The notes: generated from the sequence alone by a model not told the origin. A stretch of DNA of 63,701 nt, filler included, from Lama guanicoe (GCA_013239625.1; 209 parts of 209 records of this genome joined end to end with filler, not necessarily neighbours in it), one strand, 5' to 3'. Positions 35,586-48,866 are shown, counted from the first letter of the whole stretch. Program-made: numbers and translations.

Positions 35586-37259
35586 NNNNNNNNNNNNNNN
35601 NNNNNNNNNNNNNNNNNNNNNNNNNNNNNTTAATTAATTAANNNNNNNNNNNNNNNNNNNNNNNNNNNNNNNNNNNNNNNNNNNNACTTGCTCTGTATTT
35701 TGATTTCATAACATTTACAGTTGAAAATAACTGAATGAAATATTCATCTTTAAAATTCAACTCAACTAAAATTTTAGCTTCTTAGTTTGCATTAGTCAAA
35801 TTTCAGATGCTCAATGGTCAATGTGCTACTGGACAGGGTATCCCTGGAGTCTGATTTTCAAAACCTGCCTACATCTACCACTTTCTAGTTNNNNNNNNNN
35901 NNNNNNNNNNNNNNNNNNNNNNNNNNNNNNNNNNTTAATTAATTAANNNNNNNNNNNNNNNNNNNNNNNNNNNNNNNNNNNNNNNNNNNNGGGGCAACAG
36001 AGCTGACAAAACATAGATCACTATTTATTCCTTGATATACTTTTGGTGCATGGACTAAAATTCTTTGGGTCAGTTGACATCAATATCATATCTAATTTAC
36101 ACAATTGTCAAGTGTCATTTTACTACCAGCTCCTGAAACAGTCACATGGTCACTAGGTATTTTTTCCTTACCTTGACCCATGGATTTGATGATTTNNNNN
36201 NNNNNNNNNNNNNNNNNNNNNNNNNNNNNNNNNNNNNNNTTAATTAATTAANNNNNNNNNNNNNNNNNNNNNNNNNNNNNNNNNNNNNNNNNNNNAGAGA
36301 TGAATGGAGGAGGGGAGCTGCAACTGTCCCGGGAGTGCACCCTGGCATGCCAGTGAGAGTGGTAAGGAGGGTCTGGGTGGAAAACGTTGGTGTCGGGTAT
36401 CTGTCGCCTTAGTAATGCTTCGGAGCCAACAACTACACAACCTCAGCGGCAATACGACTGATTGTAAACAAGCATGTTTGCTCATGGGTCTCAGCCTCTC
36501 NNNNNNNNNNNNNNNNNNNNNNNNNNNNNNNNNNNNNNNNNNNNTTAATTAATTAANNNNNNNNNNNNNNNNNNNNNNNNNNNNNNNNNNNNNNNNNNNN
36601 CCTATTAAACTCGTCAAGTAAAATTAACTGTTATCTTTAAAAAGAACAATGACACTTCCTCAAGCAACATAAAGTATAGGTAAAAGCATCTTTGTAAATG
36701 CCACTCTTGTCGATCTGTGACATACAATCTAAGCATTATGAGTGCTATGCAATACCCCTTCAAGACAACTTCCCTCTGCCCTGTCCCCAAACTGTTGCCC
36801 TTACGNNNNNNNNNNNNNNNNNNNNNNNNNNNNNNNNNNNNNNNNNNNNTTAATTAATTAANNNNNNNNNNNNNNNNNNNNNNNNNNNNNNNNNNNNNNN
36901 NNNNNTTGTCTGAATCACCAACTAATGTTAATTCAACATTTTGATTGGAGAGAAGACTATAAATTGTGTATGAATTGCTTACATAAAAATGTTTCTGTTT
37001 GTGACTTATATCAATAAAAGTGAAATACAGAAAAAAAATCCAGTGAGTTAGAAATCATTTTAAAAAATAATAAGGAAAAATGGTAGTAACAACGGAGCAA
37101 TACTGACAGGNNNNNNNNNNNNNNNNNNNNNNNNNNNNNNNNNNNNNNNNNNNNTTAATTAATTAANNNNNNNNNNNNNNNNNNNNNNNNNNNNNNNNNN
37201 NNNNNNNNNNGATCCCCATTCCTGACCCAGAGCAAGTTGTTTTAAAGAAACCTGCTCTG

Positions 37260-37415
37260 CAACCAAAATGTCCCTTAACAGGTGACTAGATAAAGAGGAT
37301 GTGAGAGATATATATAACACACACAATGGAATAAAAAAGGATGAAAATTTGCCATTTGCAGCAACGTGGATGGACTTCAAGGACATTATAAGCTGAGTGA
37401 AACACGTCAGACAGA
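37260..37415 (+). mobile_element. LINE-1 ORF2 end
   Basis: ATAAAAAAGGATGAAAATTTGCCATTTGCAGCAACGTGGATGGAC. Confidence 0.88.
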
Positions 37416-38735
37416 NNNNNNNNNNNNNNNNNNNNNNNNNNNNNNNNNNNNNNNNNNNNTTAATTAATTAANNNNNNNNNNNNNNNNNNNNNNNNNNNNN
37501 NNNNNNNNNNNNNNNGCTCCAGTGAGATTTCTTCGGACAGAAGTCATGGAGCACACGGTAGCCTTGCCTTGGGGGTTTTCCCTTCAGAAAGCCCCACCCC
37601 CATATGTGCCCCCAGGCACCCCTGCCCCCAGGACCCACTCCCTACTTTGGAGTCGAGTGGGAGGCAATTCTAGGGCTTCTGGGATCAGTGCCTCCCGAGC
37701 CCTAGTGTGGAGTTTGGTGGNNNNNNNNNNNNNNNNNNNNNNNNNNNNNNNNNNNNNNNNNNNNTTAATTAATTAANNNNNNNNNNNNNNNNNNNNNNNN
37801 NNNNNNNNNNNNNNNNNNNNAGGCAAGCTCTTTACTGAGGTTCTATTGGCAATAAATAAATAAATAAATTAAAAAATCTCTATTAACATTTGTTCTCTCT
37901 CTGAGTTGATCCTTAATACTGTCTTGCTTCTGATTTTTTCACCTGAGAACATCATGCCTCCCTCAAGGAAGACACTACTCTAGGTTGATAGAGATGGTAA
38001 CATCAGAGGCAATATTCTGTAGTGANNNNNNNNNNNNNNNNNNNNNNNNNNNNNNNNNNNNNNNNNNNNTTAATTAATTAANNNNNNNNNNNNNNNNNNN
38101 NNNNNNNNNNNNNNNNNNNNNNNNNCAGGTGAAGAAGATCCCATGGTCTCAGAGTACCTCTGGGGCAAGGAAGGCGAGGTCGAGGCAGAGAGACTGGGAG
38201 TCGACAAGTGGGAATTGAGCAGCCACTGTGTGTTAAGCGCTGCGTGGACACTGTGACGGGAGGGAGCCTGCGGAGACGCAAACCCTGCCCCCGGGATGCT
38301 CACGGTGTCGAGGGACACCCTCAAGGCTGTNNNNNNNNNNNNNNNNNNNNNNNNNNNNNNNNNNNNNNNNNNNNTTAATTAATTAANNNNNNNNNNNNNN
38401 NNNNNNNNNNNNNNNNNNNNNNNNNNNNNNCTCTGGCCGGCCATTCAGAATGGTTATGAGTCTGTCTCCAGCATCCCCTCTTCCCAAACTCCTTACATCT
38501 CTGGACCCCTCCCCGCTCTGTAAGCAGGGAAGATTTGTGGAGAGGGTGGAAGAGGCACTGTCTGTCCAGGCACAACCACCCTCCCCGGCTCCATCCAGGT
38601 CTCTGGCATTGTCCTGCGGCTTGGGACTGCCTCTGNNNNNNNNNNNNNNNNNNNNNNNNNNNNNNNNNNNNNNNNNNNNTTAATTAATTAANNNNNNNNN
38701 NNNNNNNNNNNNNNNNNNNNNNNNNNNNNNNNNNN

Positions 38736-38940
38736 TCACTCTGTTTCTCAGTGTGTTTCCTAGTGCCGGTTTGAAGTTCCTGCAATTTCACTGTAAAACC
38801 GCCTTGGATGTGGTACCTTACCATATATATGTATGGACTGGAGTTTTCAACTGAAGAGAAACTATCTTTTCCCAAGAAGCTATGTGAAGGTCGGCTTTCA
38901 CACACGCTTAACTCTCAGAAGTGAGCATGTGGAGAGACGT
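38736..38940. repeat. Complex satellite monomer fragment (second copy)
   Basis: Homologous to 20131-20335 over its full length, with nearly the same endpoints. Confidence 0.75.
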
Positions 38941-39345
38941 NNNNNNNNNNNNNNNNNNNNNNNNNNNNNNNNNNNNNNNNNNNNTTAATTAATTAANNNN
39001 NNNNNNNNNNNNNNNNNNNNNNNNNNNNNNNNNNNNNNNNTCATAAGGACAACTATTTTGTCTCTTTATTCACCAGTGCTCCCCAAGTTCCTATGACAGT
39101 TCCTAGTACCCAGCAGGAAAGCAATAAGTATTTGCATGCTATTTGAATTGCGTAGTCCGACATCTCCCTGAGACCCTGAAGTCCACTTTCAGGGCGTAAT
39201 CTCTGTGGAAGTTGTATCAGAAACTGCGTTTCCCATGCAGATGACNNNNNNNNNNNNNNNNNNNNNNNNNNNNNNNNNNNNNNNNNNNNTTAATTAATTA
39301 ANNNNNNNNNNNNNNNNNNNNNNNNNNNNNNNNNNNNNNNNNNNN

Positions 39346-39418
39346 GAAGCCCCATGACAGAGCACACGCCCAGCATCACGCCAACCATGAGCAAGTCAAG
39401 GTGGTAGCCGGCTCCTTT
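39346..39418 (-). CDS. SLC4A7: SLC4 bicarbonate transporter exon, 5' part (NBCn1)
   Basis: Acceptor ttccgctttcAG (39420-39419) then KGAGYHLDLLMVGVMLGVCSVMGL; recalled SLC4A8/A10 have KGCGY, and SLC4A4 has LDLFWV. Confidence 0.88.
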
Positions 39419-41943
39419 CTGAAAGCGGAAATCGACACGAACGTTCGTCAGTCCACACGTTCTTTTAGGTTCAAAGTCTATACCACGTCTAAAGAGAAGA
39501 CATTAAGTTTCACCGCACATCTGTTAACGTTGTAATTATGAAAACACCTCNNNNNNNNNNNNNNNNNNNNNNNNNNNNNNNNNNNNNNNNNNNNTTAATT
39601 AATTAANNNNNNNNNNNNNNNNNNNNNNNNNNNNNNNNNNNNNNNNNNNNACAGGCCCTGCCAGCTGCTGCAGACAACCACGGTCATGGCCACATCAGGA
39701 GATGAGCTGTCTGTGCCTCGGGTGACTGAGAAAACAGACACTGAAGACACGATTTGCCTTCTCACCAGATCTCTCTAGGTGTTTTCCTCGGCAACTGAAG
39801 TGCCCGCTTGACATTATCAGAAGCAGCAAGGGTAATCCCACTGTTGAGTCTACCTNNNNNNNNNNNNNNNNNNNNNNNNNNNNNNNNNNNNNNNNNNNNT
39901 TAATTAATTAANNNNNNNNNNNNNNNNNNNNNNNNNNNNNNNNNNNNNNNNNNNNTTACAGACTTAGCCAAGTCTTACCTATTTCTGTTGCCTCTCCCGT
40001 TCCATACCTTATTCCTGAGCTTATCCTATCCATGAACTCAGCCCTGGGGGGAAGCTCAAAAATGGGGTGAGAAAGTATATTCAACAAATTATTTAGTAAT
40101 TTCAAAATATGTTAAAATGATTATTTAGTTTTAGAGTGAATCAAAATATCCCAGAACCAANNNNNNNNNNNNNNNNNNNNNNNNNNNNNNNNNNNNNNNN
40201 NNNNTTAATTAATTAANNNNNNNNNNNNNNNNNNNNNNNNNNNNNNNNNNNNNNNNNNNNGCCGGAGAGGCCAGGGGAGGATCACCTGCTAGAGGACCCA
40301 GTGAGAGTCGCACTTAGAGCTGAACTGGAGGTGGCCTCCGGTCAGATACTCTGCAGTCGAGGCTCGCGAATTCCACCCTGTTCCACCTCCACAATTTTCA
40401 AGGTCATCCCTCGAGGTCTAAAAATCAGAGGCAGGCACTGCTTCAATGAGCTGAGAGCAGAAGATNNNNNNNNNNNNNNNNNNNNNNNNNNNNNNNNNNN
40501 NNNNNNNNNTTAATTAATTAANNNNNNNNNNNNNNNNNNNNNNNNNNNNNNNNNNNNNNNNNNNNTAAAATTGTTAAGCTTCCATCCAGACTGTTTTTTA
40601 TAGGAAGAAAGTCATAAATTTCCCTTTATGAACCACTCTCTGTTAATATATTTTACAACTTATGTGAAATGCACAAATTGTTTGAAAGACAGAAATCACC
40701 AAAATTTACTCAAGAAGAAACAGATAGCCTAAATAGCCCTTCATTTATTCCAGTAATTCAATTTGTGGGTNNNNNNNNNNNNNNNNNNNNNNNNNNNNNN
40801 NNNNNNNNNNNNNNTTAATTAATTAANNNNNNNNNNNNNNNNNNNNNNNNNNNNNNNNNNNNNNNNNNNNAGTTAAATCATTTAACAATCTCTGGGAAGA
40901 GCTCCCTGGGGCCCCAAGGACGAACCTGGTCCTGGGATGTCTGGAGCCCTACCCTGATTTTAATTTAACCACTATTGAATTCTTTTATTTAATTTGCCTT
41001 CCCTATCTCCCCTCCCCACCTTCACAGACCTTCAATGCCCTGGGAATTTCCACAGTATTTCTTTCCATAGATATGNNNNNNNNNNNNNNNNNNNNNNNNN
41101 NNNNNNNNNNNNNNNNNNNTTAATTAATTAANNNNNNNNNNNNNNNNNNNNNNNNNNNNNNNNNNNNNNNNNNNNGAAGAAGGTCAATCTAATGGAGTCA
41201 CCTTCTGACCAATGATGCCATGTGTCAATTTATATTCTGTGGCAGCTTCCATGTATCAGAAGGGTGCACGTTGCTAGTAGCATTTTTTTCGAGTTATAGG
41301 TTGAAAGCGGCTTATGGCATTCTATGTCAACATATCTTGTGTTTTTATTACTCCCCTTGACCATTGGCCCCCAAGGGTGGNNNNNNNNNNNNNNNNNNNN
41401 NNNNNNNNNNNNNNNNNNNNNNNNTTAATTAATTAANNNNNNNNNNNNNNNNNNNNNNNNNNNNNNNNNNNNNNNNNNNNATCATTTCTCATGGTGGTGG
41501 AATTCTCTGCCTGGGAACAGAAAAGTTCACATTTCAGCCCCAAGAGAGAGAAGCATGGCACTGGAGGCAGCAGTCAGGTCATTACCGCTTAGTTCCATCT
41601 CAGAAATGTAGGCACACACCAGCCATGTGTGGCAGTGGGGAGCTCTAATTGGGAAAGAAGAGCTGTACCTGTGCCTGCACCTTCTNNNNNNNNNNNNNNN
41701 NNNNNNNNNNNNNNNNNNNNNNNNNNNNNTTAATTAATTAANNNNNNNNNNNNNNNNNNNNNNNNNNNNNNNNNNNNNNNNNNNNATGGGTTATATTTTC
41801 CTGTTTCTCTTCATGTTTAGTAATTTTTTCTTTAAATTTAAAACTTTATTACTATAGTAATGTTTTATTATTAACAAAATGCCTTTCTTTTTAAAAACTT
41901 TTTTCTAACTTTATTGAGGTATGGTTGACAAATAAAAATTGTA

Positions 41944-41990
41944 CAGGCATATCCCAAAGATATTGCAGGTTCAGTCCCAGACCGTGACAA
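41944..41990 (-). mobile_element. Tigger1 terminal inverted repeat end with TA target site
   Basis: TA|CAGGCATATCCCAAAGATATTGCAGGTTCAGTCCCAGACC. Confidence 0.8.
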
Positions 41991-42395
41991 NNNNNNNNNN
42001 NNNNNNNNNNNNNNNNNNNNNNNNNNNNNNNNNNTTAATTAATTAANNNNNNNNNNNNNNNNNNNNNNNNNNNNNNNNNNNNNNNNNNNNACATTGTTTT
42101 GAAAACCTATTTAAATTTCTCTCTTCCATGACACACTGTCATCTCCTTGAGGAATGGAGGGCTGTGTGGTATTTGTCTCGACAGCTAACGTCTGGCACAG
42201 ACCCCAGGCCATTGGAAACAGTCTGCTGACTCCTCAAGAAGAATTGTCATCTTTGCGACAATAAGAAAGACTACATGATCTCTGATCTTACACCANNNNN
42301 NNNNNNNNNNNNNNNNNNNNNNNNNNNNNNNNNNNNNNNTTAATTAATTAANNNNNNNNNNNNNNNNNNNNNNNNNNNNNNNNNNNNNNNNNNNN

Positions 42396-42600
42396 CTATC
42401 TCTCCTTCATTTCACAGAAAACTCTTGCTATGTGTAGTATTTTTTGTTGGCATATTTTTCCCCCAGTATTTTTAATATATTATCCCACTCTCTCCTGGCC
42501 TTCAAGGATTCTGCTAAAAATTCTGCTGGTAGTCTTAGTGGAGTTCCACTGTATTTGATAAGACTTTTTCTTTTATTTTTCTGTTCTCAAATTTCTCATT
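42396..42600 (-). mobile_element. LINE-1 ORF1 fragment
   Basis: CCCACTCTCTCCTGGCC...TTCTGCTAAAAATTCTGCTG. Confidence 0.8.
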
Positions 42601-44263
42601 NNNNNNNNNNNNNNNNNNNNNNNNNNNNNNNNNNNNNNNNNNNNTTAATTAATTAANNNNNNNNNNNNNNNNNNNNNNNNNNNNNNNNNNNNNNNNNNNN
42701 CAACCTTCCCCAACACAAACCAAAATAGATTCCAAAAATCCATCTCATAGTAATCATACTTTTATATGAGTTTTAAAATATGCTTCCCCCCAAAAGTTAC
42801 ATGTAATTTTTTCACGTGGTTGACTGGTGATCTTAAAGATTCTACTTAAAGATAAAATTTTTAAGGAATCTGGCAACCTACTGCTCTAATGTTGACATGA
42901 CTTCTNNNNNNNNNNNNNNNNNNNNNNNNNNNNNNNNNNNNNNNNNNNNTTAATTAATTAANNNNNNNNNNNNNNNNNNNNNNNNNNNNNNNNNNNNNNN
43001 NNNNNTTTGTCAGGTAGCATGATATTTATGTAGAATAATGTTAGTTCTTAACTTGCCTGTCCAGTTTTCCAGTGTATCTTTATGGACTTTAGTCATCTCT
43101 GATTTGTGCCCTACCTTATTAAAACAAAACAAAACAAAAAAGATTCAAGGAAGGCCATCTCAACATTTTTCTTTGATTCTTTTCAGCAAATCTTTTTATT
43201 GAATAAGAAANNNNNNNNNNNNNNNNNNNNNNNNNNNNNNNNNNNNNNNNNNNNTTAATTAATTAANNNNNNNNNNNNNNNNNNNNNNNNNNNNNNNNNN
43301 NNNNNNNNNNATGAAAACATCGGTAGCAGCGGTTGAGTGAATCAGATTTCAGATACTTAGGATTCACTGTGATCACCTCTTCATAAAGTCAAATAAACCA
43401 AAAGAAATATGCTTTTTACATCCCGGTAAGTAAATACATCTTCCGCAAGGGAAACTATGGGTGCCGTTTGCTATTGAGCAATACGGCAACAGATGGAACT
43501 CAGAGGGAGGCACAGNNNNNNNNNNNNNNNNNNNNNNNNNNNNNNNNNNNNNNNNNNNNTTAATTAATTAANNNNNNNNNNNNNNNNNNNNNNNNNNNNN
43601 NNNNNNNNNNNNNNNATATGGAGACAGATTTGTTCTTTCCTATTTCAGTAGTGCCATGGAGAAGACACTTTGGACAGCTACTTGTAGGGCCCTGGAGGCT
43701 TTCTCTCTCAGCCTCTGGGCACCTCTGTTGAAAACCTTTCATAGCTGTCTGGCCTGCTGGAAAACCACTCTGACTGTTTTGCCCTGAAGATGTGTTCTGT
43801 TTATAACTCATCTCTACTCCNNNNNNNNNNNNNNNNNNNNNNNNNNNNNNNNNNNNNNNNNNNNTTAATTAATTAANNNNNNNNNNNNNNNNNNNNNNNN
43901 NNNNNNNNNNNNNNNNNNNNCCACCATATTAATGACACTAAAGTCACTAATGTCCTTCTAAATTCCTAGATTTGTGACTCTCCACAACACACTATTTCTT
44001 CGTCTATTCAGTGGACATCCAAGATATACTTTTTCCTGTATTAATGTCTAAAACATAATGGCTTTTGCATAGAACCCTGAAAGTTATTTCTCACTCTTAC
44101 CCACTTTCTCCCTTCGTCCCACCCANNNNNNNNNNNNNNNNNNNNNNNNNNNNNNNNNNNNNNNNNNNNTTAATTAATTAANNNNNNNNNNNNNNNNNNN
44201 NNNNNNNNNNNNNNNNNNNNNNNNNTTTGTTCACTCTAATGTTCTTGATTTCTTGGTCTCTAG

Positions 44264-44430
44264 GTCGCTGTACCGCCCCAGATCCTTTTCAGTTTGCCAA
44301 ATTGAAAATCCCAACCAATGAATCTGAGTTTCCCATTGGGACTTCTTTAAAGTATGAATGCCGCCCTGAGTACCGGAGGTACTCATTCTCTATCACGTGT
44401 CTAGCAGACCTCACGTGGTCCAGTGTCAAA
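44264..44430 (+). CDS. CR1: Complement receptor 1-family CCP/sushi exon, 3' truncated
   Basis: Branch-like CTCTAAT, pyrimidine tract and AG at 44262-44263, phase 1; (G)[55 protein letters not shown] versus human CR1 CCP8/15 HCQAPDHFLFAKLK...[15 protein letters not shown]. Confidence 0.9.
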
Positions 44431-44530
44431 NNNNNNNNNNNNNNNNNNNNNNNNNNNNNNNNNNNNNNNNNNNNTTAATTAATTAANNNNNNNNNNNNNN
44501 NNNNNNNNNNNNNNNNNNNNNNNNNNNNNN

Positions 44531-44736
44531 GACCAGGTAAGGGATGGGGTGGGGGGATCTCAGGGTATGTGATCAGCTCGTGCACAGTCTCTAATTGGTT
44601 GATGTTGAGGAAACAGGGCTGTCAAGACTATCAACCTGCAAAGGCGCCAGAGGATCTTGGGGGCCACGTGCTCTTGTTCATCAAGTAGTTCATTTCTTCC
44701 ATTTGCTGGTGGGTTTTAGCATCCGAACAACTCAGG
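44531..44736 (-). mobile_element. Probable ERV1 LTR fragment
   Basis: GTGATCAGCTCGTGCACAGTCTCTAATTGGTTGATG (reverse CCAAT) pattern. Confidence 0.6.
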
Positions 44737-44836
44737 NNNNNNNNNNNNNNNNNNNNNNNNNNNNNNNNNNNNNNNNNNNNTTAATTAATTAANNNNNNNN
44801 NNNNNNNNNNNNNNNNNNNNNNNNNNNNNNNNNNNN

Positions 44837-44927
44837 TTGCTTGACCCAGAGTTGCCACAAACCTTCAATTTGTTAAAAAAAAAAAAAAGTCATATCTGTG
44901 AAGCCCAATAAAACAGAGTCTACCCTT
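44837..44927 (-). mobile_element. Tigger1 5' end
   Basis: GTTGCCACAAACCTTCAATTTGT(A)n...ATCTGTGAAGCCCAATAAAAC. Confidence 0.8.
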
Positions 44928-45447
44928 GTGGTCCCAGAGTGCCTTGTTCTCTTATTCTTATACTCACTACATTTGACTATATTTGCATGGTCGTCTATCC
45001 TTCTGCAAGTTCATAAATTCTGGAAGATTGGGAATCAATGCNNNNNNNNNNNNNNNNNNNNNNNNNNNNNNNNNNNNNNNNNNNNTTAATTAATTAANNN
45101 NNNNNNNNNNNNNNNNNNNNNNNNNNNNNNNNNNNNNNNNNCTGATTAATTGAAAGTAAGCATTTTAAATAACCTCAGAAAGCATTTTTAGGGTTTATGT
45201 TTAGTAAATACATTATTAGAGTCTCCAGATGCCTTTAAATTTTGAGGTGCCTCCTCTTTTAAGTGTAACTAGCAGGATAAGAATGTCGGATTCTTCCCTT
45301 AACACAACAAAGCCTCCCCTTGACTAGGAAGTTCAAAGCACTCTGTGNNNNNNNNNNNNNNNNNNNNNNNNNNNNNNNNNNNNNNNNNNNNTTAATTAAT
45401 TAANNNNNNNNNNNNNNNNNNNNNNNNNNNNNNNNNNNNNNNNNNNN

Positions 45448-45570
45448 GAGCCCACCTTCTCCCCAGATTGCAGGCTTTCTGACTAAAGCCACTTCCCTTT
45501 CTACCAGCCTTTGCCTCTCCATTACTGGCTTTTGAGCAGCGAGCAGCCAAACCTGAGTTTGGTAGCAACG
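45448..45570 (+). mobile_element. ERV1 LTR 3' end
   Basis: CCTTCTCCCCAGATTGC...TGGCTTTTGAGCAGCGAGCAGCCAAACCTGAGTTTGGTAGCA. Confidence 0.65.
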
Positions 45571-46365
45571 TGGCAGTAGACCTGTTTCAAGAGCCAAGGT
45601 GACGAAAGCTGCTCTGCAGGCAGCGCCCTGAAGGCTTGAGTTTTACATCTGAANNNNNNNNNNNNNNNNNNNNNNNNNNNNNNNNNNNNNNNNNNNNTTA
45701 ATTAATTAANNNNNNNNNNNNNNNNNNNNNNNNNNNNNNNNNNNNNNNNNNNNTACCACAGACGTGCCGGCTCCTGGGACACCTCTGGACATCTCCCCAT
45801 GGAAGCCTGAGGAGTGAGCTGCTCGGACCCTGCACCCCTTCCTCCCTGCTCCGCCCGGTGTCCCTTGTGCAGGAGGCTGCAGGCCCAGGTCACCAAGTCA
45901 CTCCCGTGTGGCCTTGTAGGAGGGAACAGAGCAACTCATCAAGAAGGCTATGGGGCCCANNNNNNNNNNNNNNNNNNNNNNNNNNNNNNNNNNNNNNNNN
46001 NNNTTAATTAATTAANNNNNNNNNNNNNNNNNNNNNNNNNNNNNNNNNNNNNNNNNNNNCATTCCATTCAGGAAGAAAACTTGTGGAGGACATGGGCACA
46101 ATGACATAGGGGTCCATCCTGCTACCAGTCTGTCATTCTTAAATTAAACCAAGAACAAAGTAACAGTACTCATTTATAAGTATAGATGGTGTCTCTTTCC
46201 ATACAAGGAAGCCCAGAGCCATCAACTATGAATCATCAGAGTCATTTATAGCTGGACCCAAAGTGNNNNNNNNNNNNNNNNNNNNNNNNNNNNNNNNNNN
46301 NNNNNNNNNTTAATTAATTAANNNNNNNNNNNNNNNNNNNNNNNNNNNNNNNNNNNNNNNNNNNN

Positions 46366-46570
46366 CCCAATGTTCATAGCAGCACTATTTACAATAGCCA
46401 AGACATGGCAACAATCTAAATGTCCATCAACAGATGACTGGATAAAGAAATTATGATATATTTATATAGTGGATAACTACTTAGCCATAAAAAATACCAT
46501 TTGCAGTGAAATGGATGGACCAGGAGATCATCTTTCTAAGTGAAGTAAGACTGAAAGAGAAAGAAAAATA
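46366..46570 (+). mobile_element. LINE-1 ORF2 C-terminus
   Basis: PMFIAALFTIAKTWQQSKCPSTDDWIKKL. Confidence 0.95.
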
Positions 46571-47738
46571 NNNNNNNNNNNNNNNNNNNNNNNNNNNNNN
46601 NNNNNNNNNNNNNNTTAATTAATTAANNNNNNNNNNNNNNNNNNNNNNNNNNNNNNNNNNNNNNNNNNNNTTAACTGAAATTGGTGAAGTCTGGTGGAAT
46701 TTAAAGTCAAACAGCAGGATTCCAGAGACTATCCTATCAACCTCTACCCAACACTCCTACAAACATGTAAACCCTAAGATTTCAATGCATTAATTACAGT
46801 AATGTAAATTAATGCATTAAAAAACAGATAATGGGGCAAAGTGATAACCATCACTCGTTGAATGTCACACATGTGANNNNNNNNNNNNNNNNNNNNNNNN
46901 NNNNNNNNNNNNNNNNNNNNTTAATTAATTAANNNNNNNNNNNNNNNNNNNNNNNNNNNNNNNNNNNNNNNNNNNNGTTCATTAAGCATTGCTGAGCATG
47001 AGACAACAAAAAGAGCTCTGAGGCACGATTCTTACACACAGCTCCAGGGAGAGACACTGAATGACAAAATGTTACAGAAGGAGAGGGAAAGATTCCTCTG
47101 AAATCACAACATCACCAAAATAGAGACAGATTTCCCTCCCCTCACAAAACCCATTGACAGTCATTCCATTATATGAAATTGANNNNNNNNNNNNNNNNNN
47201 NNNNNNNNNNNNNNNNNNNNNNNNNNTTAATTAATTAANNNNNNNNNNNNNNNNNNNNNNNNNNNNNNNNNNNNNNNNNNNNACACATTAAACATTCACT
47301 AAGATAAATCAAATCCTGCTTCACAAAAAAATGTAAAAAATTCCAAATGAACTTAAATTAGAAACAGATAGCGGGGGTGGGGGAGATAGCATTTTTTTCA
47401 CAATACATTTCTAAGTATTCCAAGAGTTGATGAGGAAGTCTCAAGAAATATTAGGAAATATTTTGAACCGAACAAAAGTAAAATTATANNNNNNNNNNNN
47501 NNNNNNNNNNNNNNNNNNNNNNNNNNNNNNNNTTAATTAATTAANNNNNNNNNNNNNNNNNNNNNNNNNNNNNNNNNNNNNNNNNNNNCTAAGCGCCTTT
47601 CTTGCCTCTTTAAGTTTGCTTAACGGAAAACGTTTTTCTTGCGCTTATTGGATTTAAATGTGCTGTTTTTTTGACATGTAGTGGCCAGCAGAGAAAGTCG
47701 TAATGTTAGCAAACTTTTTTTAAATTACAGCATCACTC

Positions 47739-47794
47739 CAGGAGTACCTCAGAGATATTGTGGGTTCAGTTCCAAACCATTGGAACAAAGTAAA
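47739..47794 (-). mobile_element. Tigger1 terminal fragment
   Basis: CAGGAGTACCTCAGAGATATTGTGGGTTCAGTTCCAAACCA; homologous to 41944-41990. Confidence 0.75.
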
Positions 47795-48649
47795 NNNNNN
47801 NNNNNNNNNNNNNNNNNNNNNNNNNNNNNNNNNNNNNNTTAATTAATTAANNNNNNNNNNNNNNNNNNNNNNNNNNNNNNNNNNNNNNNNNNNNATCTCT
47901 GTCTTCTCCTGCCCTGAGCGTACATGCTACTCCACTTCTCCCTGAACTCAAAAGTTGTATTCCTCTCCTGCTACCTACTGGTTTATAATTTATACTTTAG
48001 CAAAACAAATCTATTCACATTTGTTTATTTTTAGAAAAGCAAAACTCAGTGAAGTTTACCTATAGAGGATCATATAGACACCCTATCTTGCAGTATTTGT
48101 NNNNNNNNNNNNNNNNNNNNNNNNNNNNNNNNNNNNNNNNNNNNTTAATTAATTAANNNNNNNNNNNNNNNNNNNNNNNNNNNNNNNNNNNNNNNNNNNN
48201 GAATCTATGGCCTTCATTACCAAGTTAAAGATTGCTGGGGTGATTAAACACTTCTGTTTAATGTCTAAACAGAAGGAATCCTTATTATGGCATAACAAGT
48301 GAGGCCAATAGGATGCTGTGCCTGCTTTCTTTGGTGCTCAATTAAAGACATTTCAACTTAATGCATATTTATGAAGAATGTCCTATTTATAAGAGACCAA
48401 GCGGTCNNNNNNNNNNNNNNNNNNNNNNNNNNNNNNNNNNNNNNNNNNNNTTAATTAATTAANNNNNNNNNNNNNNNNNNNNNNNNNNNNNNNNNNNNNN
48501 NNNNNNGGCTCCGGGCAAACCTGCCAGTATCACCCAGAACCACCCCTCACCCCATAACCAGCTCCTGGTCCTCAGCACATGCGACATTTCCAGTCCTACA
48601 CCTAAATACAAAATCTCTCTCTCTCTTTTTTCCCCCCTAATTTCCTTTT

Positions 48650-48712
48650 CCTTTCTTTCTTCTTTTTTTTTTTCAGCGGAGGTGCTGGGGATGGAACCCA
48701 GGACCTCATGCA
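48650..48712 (-). mobile_element. tRNA-derived SINE (Vic-1 type) 3' part
   Basis: T-rich tail then GGAGGTGCTGGGGATGGAACCCAGGACCTCATGCA. Confidence 0.8.
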
Positions 48713-48866
48713 NNNNNNNNNNNNNNNNNNNNNNNNNNNNNNNNNNNNNNNNNNNNTTAATTAATTAANNNNNNNNNNNNNNNNNNNNNNNNNNNNNNNN
48801 NNNNNNNNNNNNCTGGGCTAGGAGTCTGGAGGAAAATCTTCTAGATGTATGCTGACATGACTTTAT

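Noticed and set aside
38248..38285. V(D)J recombination signal (CACTGTG...ACGCAAACC)
   Set aside because: Spacer is 20 nt, not 12 or 23, and no V-gene coding sequence lies upstream.
40340..40420. Terminal exon on the minus strand (ttttAG then PRGMTLKIVEVEQGGIREPRLQSI*)
   Set aside because: Short, protein not recognised, and cannot be distinguished from chance.
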